DNA of 62,698 nt, filler included, from Asterionella formosa (taxonomy: Eukaryota), in NCBI GenBank assembly GCA_002256025.1. It is 18 parts of 18 records of this genome, joined end to end, with 100 filler letters (N's around TTAATTAATTAA, not from the genome) between each part and the next. Parts side by side here need not be neighbours in the genome. Positions count along the whole stretch, not along the records: positions 61,444 to 62,698 come from NKIB01003385.1; 17 more parts are not named here. One strand, written 5' to 3'. Below, piece after piece: positions 61,444-62,698 of the stretch. Position 1 is the first letter of the stretch, and each line of letters begins with the position of its first letter. Position numbers and translations under genes: made by a program. The notes under the pieces were generated by a model that was not told the origin of the DNA, made no database searches, and was given only the letters and a program-made list of their open reading frames with translations.

Positions 61444-61620
61444 ATAAGTAAGCATATTCATTTGACAATAAGTGAGCAGCACTTATTCTTTTGACAATAA
61501 GTGAGCATCTGATTTACTTGTCAATAAGTAACATCTCCAGTCATTTGTCAATAAGTAAACATCTCCAGTCCAGTCATTTGTCAATAAGTAAACATCTCCA
61601 GTCATTTGTCAATAAATGTC
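61444..61620. repeat. Tandem ~27-bp repeats inside a putative LTR
   Basis: TGTCAATAAGTAAACATCTCCAGTCATT and GACAATAAGTGAGCA variants, ~6 copies. Confidence 0.85.
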
Positions 61621-61695
61621 GAGATGTTTTGGATCTTGGTTTCTAATCACTACTAAGAATATTGATTCTCGATTCGTTGGATTCCATATATTTTA

Positions 61696-62698
61696 TCACC
61701 CTCCCTGATCTCGAAACCAACAATCCATGGTCCCATTCATAATGTGGGTTGCATGAGTGTCATGAATTTTCTGAGTGACATTCTTTGAAAGTAGGTCTGC
61801 AGGATTCTTTAAAGTATTCACATAGTCAACTCTAATATCCCCAGCCTTCACCTTTTCTCGAATGAAATGATATCTCACATCAATGTGCTTAGTTCGTGAA
61901 CCAACCTGCTGATTCTTTGATAGAAAAATTGCACCTGTAGTATTGTCTTCTGCAATGATACTGGGCATTTCCACGTATTCAACTTCATTGAGTAGATTCA
62001 TTATAAAAGTAGTTTCCTTTGATCCATCTGATAGAGCCACATACTCTGCTTCAGTGGTGCTGGAAACAGTAACAATCTTCTGTCCTTTCGAAATCCAATT
62101 CACTAGTGATGCACCACCAATCGTGCCCAAATATGCACTTGTCGATTTCCTTGTATCTGGATTTTCCCCAAATGAGCTGTCTACCACGTCTTGAATTCGT
62201 AATTCATGTGGCGGTCTCATTTTTAATTTTCTGTTCCTTTCATCAGTTGCAATGAAACCTAACAAACGTTCAACAGCACTCCAATGGGCATCACCTGGAT
62301 TCTCTAAATGTTGAGAAAGTTCACGACATGCATTCGCGCATATTGGTCCAACTTTCTTCACAAAATACAACAATTTTCCAACCATTGAACGATATTCTTT
62401 ATGGAGAATCACTTTGTCTGGATTCGTTCTGAGAACAATTCCTGGAAATGCTGGGGTTGATGCATCTCTTGGATACTTTCCAAAAATATCATGATAATCT
62501 TGGAGCATAACATGCACAAAATCCTCCATGCTCGACTCCAAGTAGCGTCCCACTTTATCTTGGCCCCAATCGTACCACACTCCCAAATGCTTCTTCAAAG
62601 GGCCAAGCTCCTTAATTGTGAAGTGTTTCTTGATTTCATTTTTGAACCATTTAATATCATTTGGCTTTCCAGCAATTGCACAATCATCGACATGTGTG
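61696..62698 (-). mobile_element. Ty1/copia RT-RNase H C-terminus, intact frame, with PPT; 3' LTR starts ~61698
   Basis: HVDDC, YRSMVGKLLY, VDSSFG, SSTEAEYVAL, EDNTGAIFL, RTKHIDVRYHFIRE, NPADLLSKN. PPT AGGGAGGG is followed by TGATAAA. Confidence 0.95.

Overview
Eukaryotic nuclear DNA, most likely a diatom. This is inferred from short GT-AG introns, diatom-type (CoDi-like) Ty1/copia elements and stramenopile-type gene families. The window is not one locus. It is 18 contigs joined by an artificial 100-nt spacer (44 N + TTAATTAATTAA + 44 N): two ~20.4-kb contigs (1362-21815, 30060-50492) and sixteen ~1.26-kb contigs, so adjacency across spacers means nothing. Six intact host genes are supported: a ~2318-aa p400/Swr1/Eaf1-like protein (HSA + apparently dead SNF2 ATPase + SANT), a TMTC-like O-mannosyltransferase ending in RDEL, an ABHD14-like hydrolase, an acidic repeat protein with a CaaX tail, a bestrophin-like membrane protein and a 4-exon inward-rectifier K+ channel. 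The rest is largely transposon debris: copia fragments and LTRs, a non-LTR relic with a nested copia, Tc1/mariner, Harbinger and Crypton-like relics, MITEs and tandem repeats. The best leads are: (1) the pseudo-ATPase p400/Eaf1 protein; (2) a copia whose PBS position is complementary to its own LTR, suggesting Tf1-like self-priming; (3) TACC(W)GGTA arrays upstream of genes that may be accumulated transposon excision footprints; (4) a tRNA-Ala-derived element lacking a normal anticodon arm. All family assignments come from motif recognition by eye, not from database searches.
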